This document shows positions 37,097 to 48,160 of a stretch of 64,000 nt of DNA, in pieces. Location of the stretch: NCBI GenBank assembly GCA_963748215.1, contig CAVVHS010000006.1, positions 96,001-160,000 on the forward strand, given 5' to 3'. The notes beneath the pieces are model-generated. The model made no database searches and had not been told where the DNA came from. It saw only the letters and a list, made by a program, of their open reading frames with translations. A program made the position numbers and the translations under genes. Each line of letters begins with the position of its first letter. The stretch's first letter is position 1. Source of the DNA: an uncultured Gammaproteobacteria bacterium (lineage in GTDB: Bacteria > Pseudomonadota > Gammaproteobacteria > UBA9214).

Positions 37097-38992
37097 ATGA
37101 CCAGCGACGTTGCAACAGCTGAAGCGCCACCGTCGCCGAATCGCGAGGCCACGGTGGCCGCCCTGGGGGTGGTGTTCGGTGACATCGGTACCAGTCCGTT
37201 GTATGCCTTGCGCGAAAGCTTCGGCGGCGCCGGTGCGCCGGTGCTCGACCGGCCCGATCTGCTGGGCGTGCTGTCGCTGATTATATGGGCGCTGGTGCTG
37301 GTGATATCGATCAAGTACCTGGTCTTCATCCTGCGCGCCGACAACCAGGGGGAGGGTGGCATAATCGCACTGGTCGCACTGCTCAATCCCTGGCGCAGCA
37401 AACCGGTTGAGGCACGTTACTGGCTGATGCTCCTGGGTTTGTTCGGTGCCTGTCTGCTGTATGGTGACGGGACCATAACGCCCGCCATTTCGGTGCTGAG
37501 CGCCGTCGAAGGCCTGCACATTGCTGCGCCGGGGCTGGCCGCCTACGTGGTGCCGGTCACGATCACGATCCTGATCGGCTTGTTTGCCGTGCAACGCTAT
37601 GGCAGCGGCAGGATCGGTCATTTGTTCGGGCCGGTGATGCTGTTGTGGTTTGTGGTGCTGGCGCTGCTGGGGCTGCGCGGTATTGTCATGGAACCGGCTG
37701 TGCTCGAGGCGTTCAACCCCTGGCATGCCATGGTGTTCTTCGCCAACAACGGCATGACCGGTTTTCTCACCCTGGGCGCGGTGTTCCTGGTGGTGACGGG
37801 CGGCGAGGCGCTGTATGCCGACCTCGGACATTTTGGTGTGGCGCCCATCCGGCGCGCCTGGTTCCTGGTCGTGTTCCCGGCGCTGGTATTGAATTACCTG
37901 GGACAGGGTGCGCTGCTGATGCAGCAGCCGGGGGCCATTCAGGCGCCGTTCTTCCACCTGGCGCCGGACTGGGCGGCCATGCCGCTGGTGCTACTGGCCA
38001 CCGTGGCGACGATCATCGCCTCGCAGGCGGTAATCAGCGGCACCTTTTCGCTCACCCGCCAGGCGATCCAGCTCGGACAGTTGCCGCGCATGCAGGTGAT
38101 TTTCACGCAGGCGGAAGAATCCGGCCAAGTGTATCTGCCGCTGGTCAACTGGCTGCTGATGGCGGCCTGCGTGGCGCTGGTCGTGGGTTTCGGCAGCTCG
38201 GATGCGCTGGCCTCCGCCTACGGGGTGGCCGTGTCCATGGACATGGTCGTGACCACCTTGCTGGCCGTGGCGGTGGCGTGGCGTTTCGGCTGGCGTCCGA
38301 TACTGGCGGTGCTTGCCGGCGTGCTGTTCCTGATCATCGACAGCGCATTTCTCGGTGCCAACCTGGTGAAGATACCCGACGGCGGCTGGTACGCGCTGCT
38401 GATTGCCGGGCTGATTTTCCTGCTTATGTGGAGCTGGCGCGCGGGCCGGGCCCTGCTGGCGGCGCGGCTGGCGGAACGCTCGACCACCCGGGAGGTATTT
38501 TTACAGCAGATCGAGACCGATCCACCGTATCGCGTTCCCGGCACCGCAGTCGTCCTGACCAATCATGACGAGTCGATAGTGCCAGTTGCACTCATGCATC
38601 ACATGGCGTGCACGCATGTGTTGCATGAACGGGTCATCTTTCTTACCGTGGTCACAGCCGACCGGCCGCACGTGCCTTCTGCTGAACGCCTGGATTTCGA
38701 AAATCTCGGTTTGGGCGTTATGCGCATGCGTCTTCACTACGGTTTCTCGCAACCACCGAATATCCCGCTTGCGCTCAAGTTTGGCGAACACGTCGGGATT
38801 CCGCTTGATACCGAGTCGATTATCTACATCCTCGGGCGTGTAACGCTGATTGCCAGGCGCGATGTGCCCGGCCTGCCTTTCTGGCAGGAACGGATCTTTG
38901 TCTGGCTGGCACGCAATGCCGCCCGCGCCACAGCCTACTATCACCTGCCGGAAGAACGGGTGCTGGAACTCGGCCTGCAGGTAGTATTGTGA
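37097..38992 (+). CDS. kup: KUP/HAK/KT potassium uptake transporter
   Basis: GVVFGDIGTSPLYA, ADNQGEGG, TGGEALYADLGHFG. Confidence 0.95.
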   Translation: MTSDVATAEAPPSPNREATVAALGVVFGDIGTSPLYALRESFGGAGAPVLDRPDLLGVLSLIIWALVLVISIKYLVFILRADNQGEGGIIALVALLNPWRSKPVEARYWLMLLGLFGACLLYGDGTITPAISVLSAVEGLHIAAPGLAAYVVPVTITILIGLFAVQRYGSGRIGHLFGPVMLLWFVVLALLGLRGIVMEPAVLEAFNPWHAMVFFANNGMTGFLTLGAVFLVVTGGEALYADLGHFGVAPIRRAWFLVVFPALVLNYLGQGALLMQQPGAIQAPFFHLAPDWAAMPLVLLATVATIIASQAVISGTFSLTRQAIQLGQLPRMQVIFTQAEESGQVYLPLVNWLLMAACVALVVGFGSSDALASAYGVAVSMDMVVTTLLAVAVAWRFGWRPILAVLAGVLFLIIDSAFLGANLVKIPDGGWYALLIAGLIFLLMWSWRAGRALLAARLAERSTTREVFLQQIETDPPYRVPGTAVVLTNHDESIVPVALMHHMACTHVLHERVIFLTVVTADRPHVPSAERLDFENLGLGVMRMRLHYGFSQPPNIPLALKFGEHVGIPLDTESIIYILGRVTLIARRDVPGLPFWQERIFVWLARNAARATAYYHLPEERVLELGLQVVL

Positions 38993-39020
38993 TGCAGGGG
39001 ATGTAAATGTGTGATTAATA

Positions 39021-39331
39021 ATGGCCACGGAATCCACGGAAGAACACGGAAAAATCAAATGCAGGGTGCTTTTGCGTGCAGGAGCGCATCGCATGGTCAC
39101 TCTCGGCATGGCCCAGGCCAGTATCTCGACCGCTGCGCGGTCTCACCTTCTCCATGCCTCTCGTGACACTCGTACTTCCCTGTCATCGCGCAAACAGGAG
39201 GTGACCGGTTCGGCCGCATACGCGGTCCGCTCCTGCAGGCAGGGGTTCGGGAAAGCGCGCTGGATAATGGCTACGGAATGACGCAGAACGAACAAAATCA
39301 TTCCGTGTTCTACCGTGGATTCCGTGGCTAT
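39021..39331. repeat. Intergenic element bounded by 31-bp imperfect inverted CCACGGAA repeats
   Basis: atggccacggaatccacggaagaacacggaa (39021-39051) vs the reverse complement of 39301-39331 (2 mismatches); left part also resembles ~42748-42820. Confidence 0.75.
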
Positions 39332-39408
39332 TGTTTAATAGGCATTGGCCACCGACACCTGCGCTGGCATTGGCGTTTGTGTCCGGCACATATCAGCTGG
39401 GAGTGTTT

Positions 39409-41959
39409 ATGAGCGAACAGGGACAAACCGGTTACCCGAAGGAGCTGCTCCTGACCACGGACGTGGAAGGATTCAATGCCCTGGCCGAGCTGGCGCTGGA
39501 TATGCGCTCGTCGTGGAATCATGCCACCGACCAGGTGTGGCGGCAGCTGGATCCCGTGCTGTGGGAGCTCACGCAGAACCCCTGGGTTGTCCTGCAGACG
39601 GTCTCGCGGGAGAAACTCGAGCGGTGTCTGGCCGATCCCGCTTTCCGCAAGCAACGTTGACGACCTGGTGCAAGCCAGGCGGGATGCGGCGGAGGCACCT
39701 GCGTGGTTTCAGCAAACCTGCCCGCAAGCGCCGCTGAGCTGTGTTGCCTATTTCAGCATGGAATTCATGTTGAGCGAAGCCTTGCCCATCTACTCGGGCG
39801 GGCTCGGCAACGTGGCCGGCGATCAGCTCAAGGCCGCCAGCGATCTGGGCGTGCCGGTCGTCGGCGTGGGGCTGCTCTACCAGCAAGGCTATTTTCGCCA
39901 GGTGATCGACAAGGACGGCGCGCAACAGGCCGCTCTTCCCGTACAACGATCCCGGACAGTTGCCGATCACGCCGTTGCGCCAGGCGAACGGCGAGTGGTT
40001 GCGGCTGGAGATCGCCTTGCCCGGTTACTCGGTCTGGCTGCGCGCCTGGCAGGTTCAGGTCGGTCGCGTGAAGCTGTACCTGCTGGACAGCAATGACGCG
40101 GCGAATTACCCTGCGCATCGGGGCATTACCAGCGAGCTGTACGGCGGCGGGCCGGAGCTGCGCCTGAAACAGGAGATGCTGCTCGGGATCGGCGGCTGGC
40201 GCTTGCTCGCGGCGCTCGGCATTCAGCCGGACGTCTGTCACCTGAACGAAGGGCATGCGGCCTTTGCCGTGCTGGAACGCGCCCGCAGTTTCATGGAAGA
40301 GACCGGACAGCCCTTCGAGGTCGCACTGGCGTCAACGCGCGCGGGCAATCTCTTCACCACCCACACGGCGGTGGCCGCGGGCTTCGATCGTTTCGCGCCG
40401 GCGCTCATCGAGCAATATCTCGGTGGTTATGCCGAACAGAAGCTCGGCATCACGCTCCACGATTTGCTGGCCCTGGGCCGCCAGAACCCGAACGACGCGT
40501 CGGAACCTTTCAACATGGCCTATCTGGCGATCCGCGGCAGCGGGGCGGTCAATGGCGTGAGCCGCCTGCATGGCAGGGTGAGCCGGCATCTGTTCGAGCC
40601 GCTCTTTCCGCGCTGGCCGACGGACGAAGTGCCGGTCGGACACGTGACCAACGGCGTCCACATGCCGACCTGGGACTCGGCGGCGGCCGATGATCTCTGG
40701 ACGGAGGCCTGTGGCAAGGACCGCTGGCTGGGGACGACGGAAACCCTGGAGCAGGACATTCGCCGTGTCTCCGACGCCAGTCTCTGGCAATTTCGCACCG
40801 CCGCCAGCGCAGCGCTGGTTGACTATGCCCGCGAACGCTTGTCCCGGCAACTGGCCGCGTCCGGCGCGTCGCCCGAGGCGGTTGACGCGGCCAGGCATCT
40901 GTTCGATCCCAATACCCTGACGCTGGGCTTTGCACGCCGTTTCGCAACCTACAAGAGACCCAACCTGCTGCTGCACGACCCGGAGCGACTGCTGCGCCTG
41001 CTGACCAATCCGCAGCGCCCGGTGCAGCTCATCATGGCCGGCAAGGCCCATCCGGCGGACCAGGCGGGGCAGGCGCTTGATTCAGCAATGGATACAATTC
41101 ATCCGGCGACCCGAGGTGCGTCCCCATGTGATCTTCCTCAGTGACTACGACATGCATCTGACCGAGCATCTGGTGCAGGGCGTGGATGTCTGGCTCAACA
41201 CGCCGCGTCGCCCCTGGGAGGCGTGCGGCACCAGCGGCATGAAGGTGCTGGTCAATGGCGGCATCAATCTGTCGGAACTGGACGGCTGGTGGGCGGAAGC
41301 CTACACGCCGGAAGTCGGCTGGGCACTGGGGGATGGCCAGGAACATGGTGACGATCCTGCCTGGGATGCTATGGAAGCCGAAGCCCTCTACGATCTGCTC
41401 GAGCGCGAGGTGATCCCCGAGTTTTATACCCGCGACGAACAGGGCATCCCCAGCGCCTGGGTGGCACGGATGCGTGAAAGCATGGCGCGGTTGACACCGC
41501 GCTTTTCCACCAACCGCGCGGTGCGCGAATACACCGAGCAATACTATCTGCCGGCTGGCCGCGGCCTACCGTGAGCGGGCCAGTAACAAGGGCGCAATCG
41601 GCGTGGAGCTGGTGAACTGGCGGCGCACGCTGGAGCAACAATGGACCACGCTGCGTTTCGGCGAATTGAAGCATGAAACCCGTGGCGAGCAGCACGTCTT
41701 CGAGGTCCAGGTCTATCTCGATGATCTCGATCCGGCGGTCGTGCGGGTCGAGCTGTATGCCGATGGTATTGACGGTGACGCACCCGAGCGGGTGGCGATG
41801 CAGCGCGTGCGAGAACTGATAGGGGCAAACAACGGCTACGCCTACCGCGTGGAGGTGCCTGCCACCCGCCCTGTGACGGACTATACGGCACGCGTCATAC
41901 CGCACCGCGACGCGGCAGCAGTTCCTCTGGAAGCGGCTAATATCCTGTGGCAACAATAA
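39409..41959 (+). pseudogene. glgP: Alpha-glucan (glycogen) phosphorylase split by four single-base insertions (probably sequence error)
   Basis: YFSMEF...YSGGLG, HLNEGH, FARRFATYKR, EACGTSGMK; frameshifts near 39651, 39930, 41077 and 41558. Confidence 0.88.
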
Positions 41960-41971
41960 TCCAGTGCGAAC

Positions 41972-42445
41972 ATGAGCATCCCCGTACCCACGCTGCATGA
42001 TTACGCAGCCGAAGTCTCCGAACATTCGTCTGTACGAAGGGGTTTCCCGTTGCCGCTGGGAACCCGTGCCTATCGCGGGGGCGTCAACTTCGCCTTGTTC
42101 AGCCGTCATGCCAGCCGTGTCAGGCTGGAATTGTTTGACCAGGCCGCAGATGTAACGCCGTCCCGGTTTGTCGATTTCGGTCCGGTGCGCAACCGTATGA
42201 GTGATATGTGGCACGTCTGGCTGAAGGATATACGGCCTGGCCAGCTGTATGCCTATCGCGTGGACGGCCCGTATCAACCCCGGGAGGGTCATCGCTTCAA
42301 TTTCCACAAGCTGCTGCTCGACCCCTTTGCAACGGCGATAGCAGGGATGCCCGACTGGGATTTCGGGCCGGCGCGCGGATACGACCCGTCGGCACCGGAA
42401 CCGGACCTGGTTTGTTCCCTGCTGAACGACGCCGGTGCCATGTAA
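41972..42445 (+). pseudogene. glgX: Glycogen debranching enzyme GlgX, N-terminal fragment only
   Basis: PLG..GVNFALFSRHA, WHVW, YAYRVDGP, KLLLDPFA; stops after 157 aa. Confidence 0.8.
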
Positions 42446-42615
42446 AAAAAAGCACGCGCCCTGGTATGTGGTCACTGCGGATGACGAGGAGAACGCCCGG
42501 CTGATTATTTCCCGGATTATTCTCGATGCATTCAGGAAACTGGACATACATTATTCGGAAACCAATGCAAAGCGCTGGCAGGAATTGCAGTCGATACGTC
42601 AGCAGCTGGTGAAGC
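42446..42615 (+). pseudogene. C-terminal remnant of a polyphosphate kinase 2 family protein
   Basis: KHAPWYVVTADDEENARLIISRII...ELQSIRQQL. Confidence 0.6.
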
Positions 42616-42656
42616 ACGGTTCGGCTGGCAACCGAGCTGGATGTTGTAGAACCAAC

Positions 42657-42820
42657 GTAGGGTGCGCTGTGTGCACCATTGCCGGTGTGTGAAACGCACC
42701 CTGCATTCTGTATGCCATGGCGTGAAAGGTGAAAGGTGGACTGCATAATGGCCACGGAATCAACGGAAGAACACGGAAACACTAAATGCAGGGCCCCGTT
42801 GTGTGCAGGAGCGCTTCGCA
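42657..42820. repeat. REP doublet plus CCACGGAA repeat module
   Basis: gtagggtgcgctgtgtgcacc...gaaacgcaccctgc, then cgtgaaaggtgaaaggtg and ggccacggaatcaacggaagaacacggaa. Confidence 0.75.
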
Positions 42821-42854
42821 AGCGCGATCTTTTGACGGGTATAAACAGAAATAG

Positions 42855-43280
42855 CAGGGAGCCGGGCGTGGCAAAGTGATCCGACGTCGAGACCTTCTGT
42901 GCCCTGCGGCTGTTCATCGACTCCTGGCGCTGGGAAGGTGTGCCCTGGTATCTGCGTTCCGGCAAATGTCCGGCCGCAACCGCGGCCGAGGTCCTGGTGG
43001 AACTGAAACCGCCACCGCAACGGCTGTTCGACGATTCTCTGCCTGCGGCCGGGCGGGCCAATTACCTGCGCTTCCGTATGTCACCCGACTCCGCCGTCGC
43101 CCTTGCCGCGCGCGTCAAGCGCGCAGGCAAGGAGTTTGTCGGCGACCAGCGTGAGCTGTACCTGTCTGAGGAACAGGCGGGGGAGGAAACACCCTACGAG
43201 CGGCTGCTGGGTGACGCCATGGCCGGAACCGGAGCACTCTTTACCCGCGAGGATGCGCTTGAAGCCGCCTGGCACCAGCG
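42855..43280 (+). pseudogene. zwf: Glucose-6-phosphate dehydrogenase C-terminal remnant
   Basis: [35 protein letters not shown]...PYERLLGDAMAG..LFTRED.LEAAW, with an in-frame stop and no N-terminus. Confidence 0.8.
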
Positions 43281-43436
43281 ACTGAATTGGACGGGCGCAG
43301 ATTCGGTATTCACCATGCCTTGAAAAATTTCCGGTAGTAATCAGTTCACGACTGCAATTTGCAGAATGCAGAATAGTGTTTAATCAGAAATTCCTGAACG
43401 TCGGCAAAGGCCTGGCCTGTGCCGGAACGCTGCAGA

Positions 43437-43690
43437 CTAAGCGTACTTCTCGCGAAAGGCATTCAGGACATCATCCACCGTTGCATAACAGGCATCCCCG
43501 CAAACCAGATCGGTAAGCACGGAGTGATCCAACTCGATCCTGACGTCATCCGGGACATTGGCAAAGACCAGGCGGATACCCTGTTCCCTGAACAGGCCGC
43601 AGATCGAAAGCAGGGTCTCGGCCGCGATAAAAGTTACATCGTCGACGGCAGCGGCATCGATGCAGAACCAGGCCGGTGACAGTTGCGAAA
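43437..43690 (-). pseudogene. STAS-domain remnant (SulP-type transporter C-terminus)
   Basis: Hand translation: PAWFCIDAAAVDDVTFIAAETLLSICGLFREQGIRLVFANVPDDVRIELDHS...YATVDDVLNAFREKYA*; no start codon. Confidence 0.6.
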
Positions 43691-43869
43691 ATATCGCCGT
43701 ATCCGATCATGAATCCGGATGTCAGACCGTTCGGTTCATCAGACCGTTCGGTTCAATTGCTGGGCTGCCGGACACCCTGTGCAGACGCTTGCATGATCGG
43801 GACTTCGTTAACTGCGCACTTCGACTGGGATCCTTGCTAATATGCAGCAGTCAATCAAGGACAGTATTT

Positions 43870-46374
43870 ATGACATACTTTGCCAGAACAGTTTCCGATC
43901 ATCACACACCCTTGGGTGGTGTGTACCGGCTGGTGCTCGGTATCTGCCTGTTCCTGCTTTGCACCGGCTGGGCCGTGGCTGCGGAACCCGAGGCAAGTGC
44001 GCCATCCAAGGCAAGTGCACCGTCTCAGGCAAGTGCGCCACCCTTAATGCCTGTTACGTTGTCGGATATCCCGACGCGGGCATCCGCCGAGCGTACTTCC
44101 CTCGATCAGGCCGAAGGGTTGCTTGCACGATCTCCGGCATTCGACCAGATTGAAAACGATCTACTGGATCTGGAGCGCACAACAACACAGGAACTGGTTT
44201 CCCTCGGCCCGGCACTTGCCGCCGCCTCTTCACGCGAAGCAATAGCTGAGATCGGAAAAAAGTGGCTTGATCTCGACGCTTCGCTGGAGGAATCGGAGAG
44301 CAATTTGCAAAAACGGACCAGTGTCATTCAACTGGAAACCGGTCGACTCGATGTGACGCGAACGATCTGGGAACTGACTGTCAAGGAGGCACAGGATGAC
44401 AAGGCGCCGGATGAGGTTGTGAACCTCGCGCGCGCAACCGCTGATGACGTTGACAAGGTATACAAGTCACTCCGGAAAATGCAGGATCGTGCACTCGCAC
44501 TTCAGGCCAAGGCCGGTCGTGCGCGTGCAGTCGTGCAGGAATCCCTCGGCAGAATCAGCACCGAGGAGGCGAACCTGTTAAATAACCTCGTACGTCGTGA
44601 ACGACCACCGTTGTGGAGTGAGGCAGTCGTACAAACCAATTTTTCAGATTTGCTTGCCAGGGCTGAACACGAGATAGCAAAATGGGTGTCGAGTATCGAT
44701 TCCGTAGTACGCAGTCAGTATGACCGGCTCGGCTTTCAGGTCTTTTTTCTGCTGGTTTTAACCCTGATCCTGCGTCGATCACGCAGGGCAGCGCGGGCAT
44801 GGAAGGAGGCTGATCCCCTTCTTGCAAAGGGGATGTCGCTATTCGAGCGGCCATTTGCACTCGCAGCATTGCTGGTCTTGATGTCAACACCCTGGTTCTA
44901 CACCTATGCACCGCCAGCCCTGACTGATGCGACCGGGCTCCTGCTGGTCTTTCCCGTACTGGCCCTGGTCCTGCCATTGCTGGAAGCATCTACCCGGTCG
45001 GCACTGATTTTGCTGGCGATACTCTATGTCGTGGATCAGCTGCGTGATTTGCTCGATGCGGCACCCCTGGTGGCACGCCTGATCTTCATTCTGGAGATGA
45101 TCGTGGCAATCGGCATCATCATCTGGGTGATTCGTTCGAAATCATGGCAAGGTGATGCCAAATCAAAACAGGCGGGTCGTTGGCAGAGCATCATTCGAGT
45201 CGGGCTCAATGCCGCGCTGCTGCTGCTTGTTGTCGCAACACTCACGGCCATTACAGGTTATGTGCGCCTTGCGGTACTGATCGGTTCCGGGGTTCTGAAC
45301 AGCATCTATCTGGCGCTGTTGCTGGCTGCACTCGAGCGTACTGCCGATTCAATCTTCAGGCTTGCATTGCATAGCCGTGCCGCCCAGTCCCTGAACGTGA
45401 TAAGGGTGCGAACCGCGCAGTTAAACCGGCGTCTTGGCATTGTGTTCAGAATGCTTGTTGTGGCTGCCTGGGTGCTGGTGACGCTTGATCTTTTCGCTCT
45501 GCAGGGCTATGTCCTGGGTATTATCAAGGGAATCTTCCTTGCCGAATTCCGTGCTGGAGCCATTGCCGTTTCACTCGCGGACGTGCTGGCGTTTGGTGTA
45601 ACGATCACCGCGGCAATCCTGCTTGCACGATTTATCGTGCTGGTGCTGGATGAAGATGTATATCCGCGGGTGGAGCTGGGTCGTGGTGTGTCTTTTGCAA
45701 TTTCGTCGGTTATCAAGTACGGAATCGTCGTGATCGGATTTCTGGTGGCGGTAGGTGCAATGGGTATCGGGATGGACCGGATTACCATCCTGCTGGGTGC
45801 GTTTGGCGTGGGTCTCGGTTTTGGCCTGCAGACCATCGTCAACAATTTTGTCTCCGGTATGATCCTTATTTTCGAACGGCCCGTACAAATCGGCGATTCG
45901 GTAGAGATCGGTTCTGTCAAGGGGAAGATAACCAGGATCGGCATTCGGTCGAGCACGGTGCGCAGTTTCGAGGGTGCCGACATCACGGTACCAAACGGAA
46001 CACTGCTTTCGGACGCACTGACTAACTGGACCCTGACAGATCGAAACCGCCGCATCGAGATAACAGTCGGCGTCGCCTACGGGACGGATCCGGATACGGT
46101 TGTCGAGGCATTGCACGCCGCACTGAACGGGCAGGAGGGCTTGCTTCAGGAGCCGGCGCCCCAGGTGGTTTTCGATGGATTCGGTGATAACAGCCTTGAT
46201 TTTATCCTGCGTGCCTGGGTGTCGGACAATGATCAGTATGTGCCGATTCGAAGCCGTGTCGCACTGGCCACGAACCGCGAACTCAAAGCACGCGGAATAG
46301 AGATCCCGTTTCCCCAGCGTGATATTCACCTTCGTTCGGTAGCGCCGGATGTGCGGCTACAGGGCAATAGCTGA
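43870..46374 (+). CDS. Large MscS/MscK-family mechanosensitive channel
   Basis: Periplasmic coiled coil, many TM helices, GVGLGFGLQTIVNNFVSG, IGIRSS, VGVAYG, IEIPFPQRD; start uncertain. Confidence 0.9.
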   Translation: MTYFARTVSDHHTPLGGVYRLVLGICLFLLCTGWAVAAEPEASAPSKASAPSQASAPPLMPVTLSDIPTRASAERTSLDQAEGLLARSPAFDQIENDLLDLERTTTQELVSLGPALAAASSREAIAEIGKKWLDLDASLEESESNLQKRTSVIQLETGRLDVTRTIWELTVKEAQDDKAPDEVVNLARATADDVDKVYKSLRKMQDRALALQAKAGRARAVVQESLGRISTEEANLLNNLVRRERPPLWSEAVVQTNFSDLLARAEHEIAKWVSSIDSVVRSQYDRLGFQVFFLLVLTLILRRSRRAARAWKEADPLLAKGMSLFERPFALAALLVLMSTPWFYTYAPPALTDATGLLLVFPVLALVLPLLEASTRSALILLAILYVVDQLRDLLDAAPLVARLIFILEMIVAIGIIIWVIRSKSWQGDAKSKQAGRWQSIIRVGLNAALLLLVVATLTAITGYVRLAVLIGSGVLNSIYLALLLAALERTADSIFRLALHSRAAQSLNVIRVRTAQLNRRLGIVFRMLVVAAWVLVTLDLFALQGYVLGIIKGIFLAEFRAGAIAVSLADVLAFGVTITAAILLARFIVLVLDEDVYPRVELGRGVSFAISSVIKYGIVVIGFLVAVGAMGIGMDRITILLGAFGVGLGFGLQTIVNNFVSGMILIFERPVQIGDSVEIGSVKGKITRIGIRSSTVRSFEGADITVPNGTLLSDALTNWTLTDRNRRIEITVGVAYGTDPDTVVEALHAALNGQEGLLQEPAPQVVFDGFGDNSLDFILRAWVSDNDQYVPIRSRVALATNRELKARGIEIPFPQRDIHLRSVAPDVRLQGNS

Positions 46375-46646
46375 AATCGCGGACGCAAAAAGGTCGCGGA
46401 CGCGATGTTGTTTATTTGCCGATGCTCGGAATGCAAATGCGCTTGGGCATAATGAGAAATAATACCTGTCATTGCCGTATTGCAGCCGGAACTCGCAATT
46501 ATTTACACGATATTACCCCGTGGGCGAGCTTCGACACCTTGTGCTTGTCTAGATTATTGTCATCAGGTGATACTGCCCATTCGACCATGGATTAACGTCA
46601 AACGACCTGCTGCCCGAGACAAACTGACAAACACCGGGAGAAGATC

Positions 46647-47699
46647 ATGAGAAAGTGTATCTGGCTTGCACTACTGCTGGCGCTCTGGTCCGTGCTGGCG
46701 CCTGCGGAAACCCTGCGGGTTGGTGTCAAGCCAGTGCCGCCCTTTGCCATGTCAGACGGGCAGGGTGGCTGGATCGGTATTTCGGTGGAGTTGTGGCAAC
46801 GAGTCGCGGCTCAACTGGGCTGGCAGACCCAATGGGTGGCCATGGATAGCCCCCGTGCGCAAGTCGAAGGTCTGGCCGCGGGCCGTATCGATGTGGCGGT
46901 GGGGGCGTTGTCCATGACACCGGAGCGGGAGGCGGTCATTGATTTCAGCCACCCGTTCTATTCCACTGATCTCGCCATCGCCACCCCGATGCACAGGGGC
47001 AGCTGGGTCGGCGTGGTGAAGCAACTGCTGTCGCCGGCCTTTCTGAGCGCCGTGGGTGTGCTGGTCCTGTTGCTGCTGGCGGTGGGTGCCCTGTTATGGC
47101 TGGTCGAACACAGGCGCAATCCCGGGCAGTTCGGCGGTTCCATCCCTGAAGGTATTGGTAGCGGTTTCTGGTGGTCGGCAGTGACCATGACCACGGTGGG
47201 CTATGGCGATAAGGCACCGGTCACCGCCACAGGCCGCGTACTGGCCACCATCTGGATGTTTTTCAGCATCATTACGATTTCGGGTTTCACCGCCGCCATT
47301 GCCTCCTCCATTACCGTCAACCAGCTCAGTACCGCCGTACACGGGGTGCATGATCTGGAGCGGGTACGTTGTGTCGCTGTGGAGGGTTCCACCGGCGAAC
47401 AATTCCTGCGCAAGCGGGGGATCCGCACGCGGCTGGTGGCAACACCTGCCGAGGGGCTGGCGCTATTGAGAAATGGTACAGCGGATGCGCTGGTCTACGA
47501 TGAGCCAGTGCTGCGTTTCCTGCTGAAGGATGCCGAACCCGGGATCGAGATCCTGCCGCAGTCCATCGAGCGGCAGTACTACGCCTTCGGCATGAAGCCC
47601 GGCTTCGCGCAGCACGAGATTCTCAACCGCACCCTGCTGGAAGATACCGGTGACAGCGAGTGGCAGGAAATTCTCAATCGTTACCTGGGCACGCGTTGA
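46647..47699 (+). CDS. GluR0-like ligand-gated potassium channel
   Basis: Split amino-acid-binding (S1/S2) domain (TPEREAVIDFSHPF...GSTG...LVYD) around TM-pore-TM with TMTTVGYGD. Confidence 0.85.
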   Translation: MRKCIWLALLLALWSVLAPAETLRVGVKPVPPFAMSDGQGGWIGISVELWQRVAAQLGWQTQWVAMDSPRAQVEGLAAGRIDVAVGALSMTPEREAVIDFSHPFYSTDLAIATPMHRGSWVGVVKQLLSPAFLSAVGVLVLLLLAVGALLWLVEHRRNPGQFGGSIPEGIGSGFWWSAVTMTTVGYGDKAPVTATGRVLATIWMFFSIITISGFTAAIASSITVNQLSTAVHGVHDLERVRCVAVEGSTGEQFLRKRGIRTRLVATPAEGLALLRNGTADALVYDEPVLRFLLKDAEPGIEILPQSIERQYYAFGMKPGFAQHEILNRTLLEDTGDSEWQEILNRYLGTR

Positions 47700-47774
47700 A
47701 GGGGTGACGGATGCGTCTCCCGCAGTTTGTACAACGCAGGCAATGATCGGATCGAAGCACCAGCTGCGGCAGCC

Positions 47775-48160
47775 TCAGTGCCCGGACAAAGCCGCAGGGC
47801 GGTGTGGCGCGGCTGGTGCGGGCCGTCTCAGTAGCCACACCAGCGGTGCCATGAGGATGAAACTCCAGGTCACCAGCGTGAAGGCGTCTACAAAGGCGAG
47901 CATGCTGGCCTGGCGGCTCAGTTCACCGGCAAGCATCCTGGCGGCGAGGGGATCATCCATTGTCAGGCCATGCGCGTTCAGCCACAGTTACAGGTCCAGG
48001 TTGAAACGGTTGATGTGTCCTCCGATCACCTCCCAGTGATGCTGGGTGCGGCGGGTCAGTACCGTTGCCACGATGGAAATGTCGATGGAGCTGCCGATGG
48101 TGCGCATCAGATTGAACAGGCCGGTGACCTCGGCGGCGGTTTCCCGCGGCAGGGTGTCTT
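47775..48160 (-). pseudogene. DHA2/EmrB-type MFS transporter C-terminal remnant
   Basis: TGLFNLMRTIGSSI...LDL*LWLN...RQASMLAFVDAF, with an in-frame TAA and no N-terminus. Confidence 0.7.

Noticed and set aside
39409-41959. Programmed frameshifting or phase variation in glgP
   Set aside because: Four independent +1 insertions without slippery sites or long homopolymers; sequencing error is simpler
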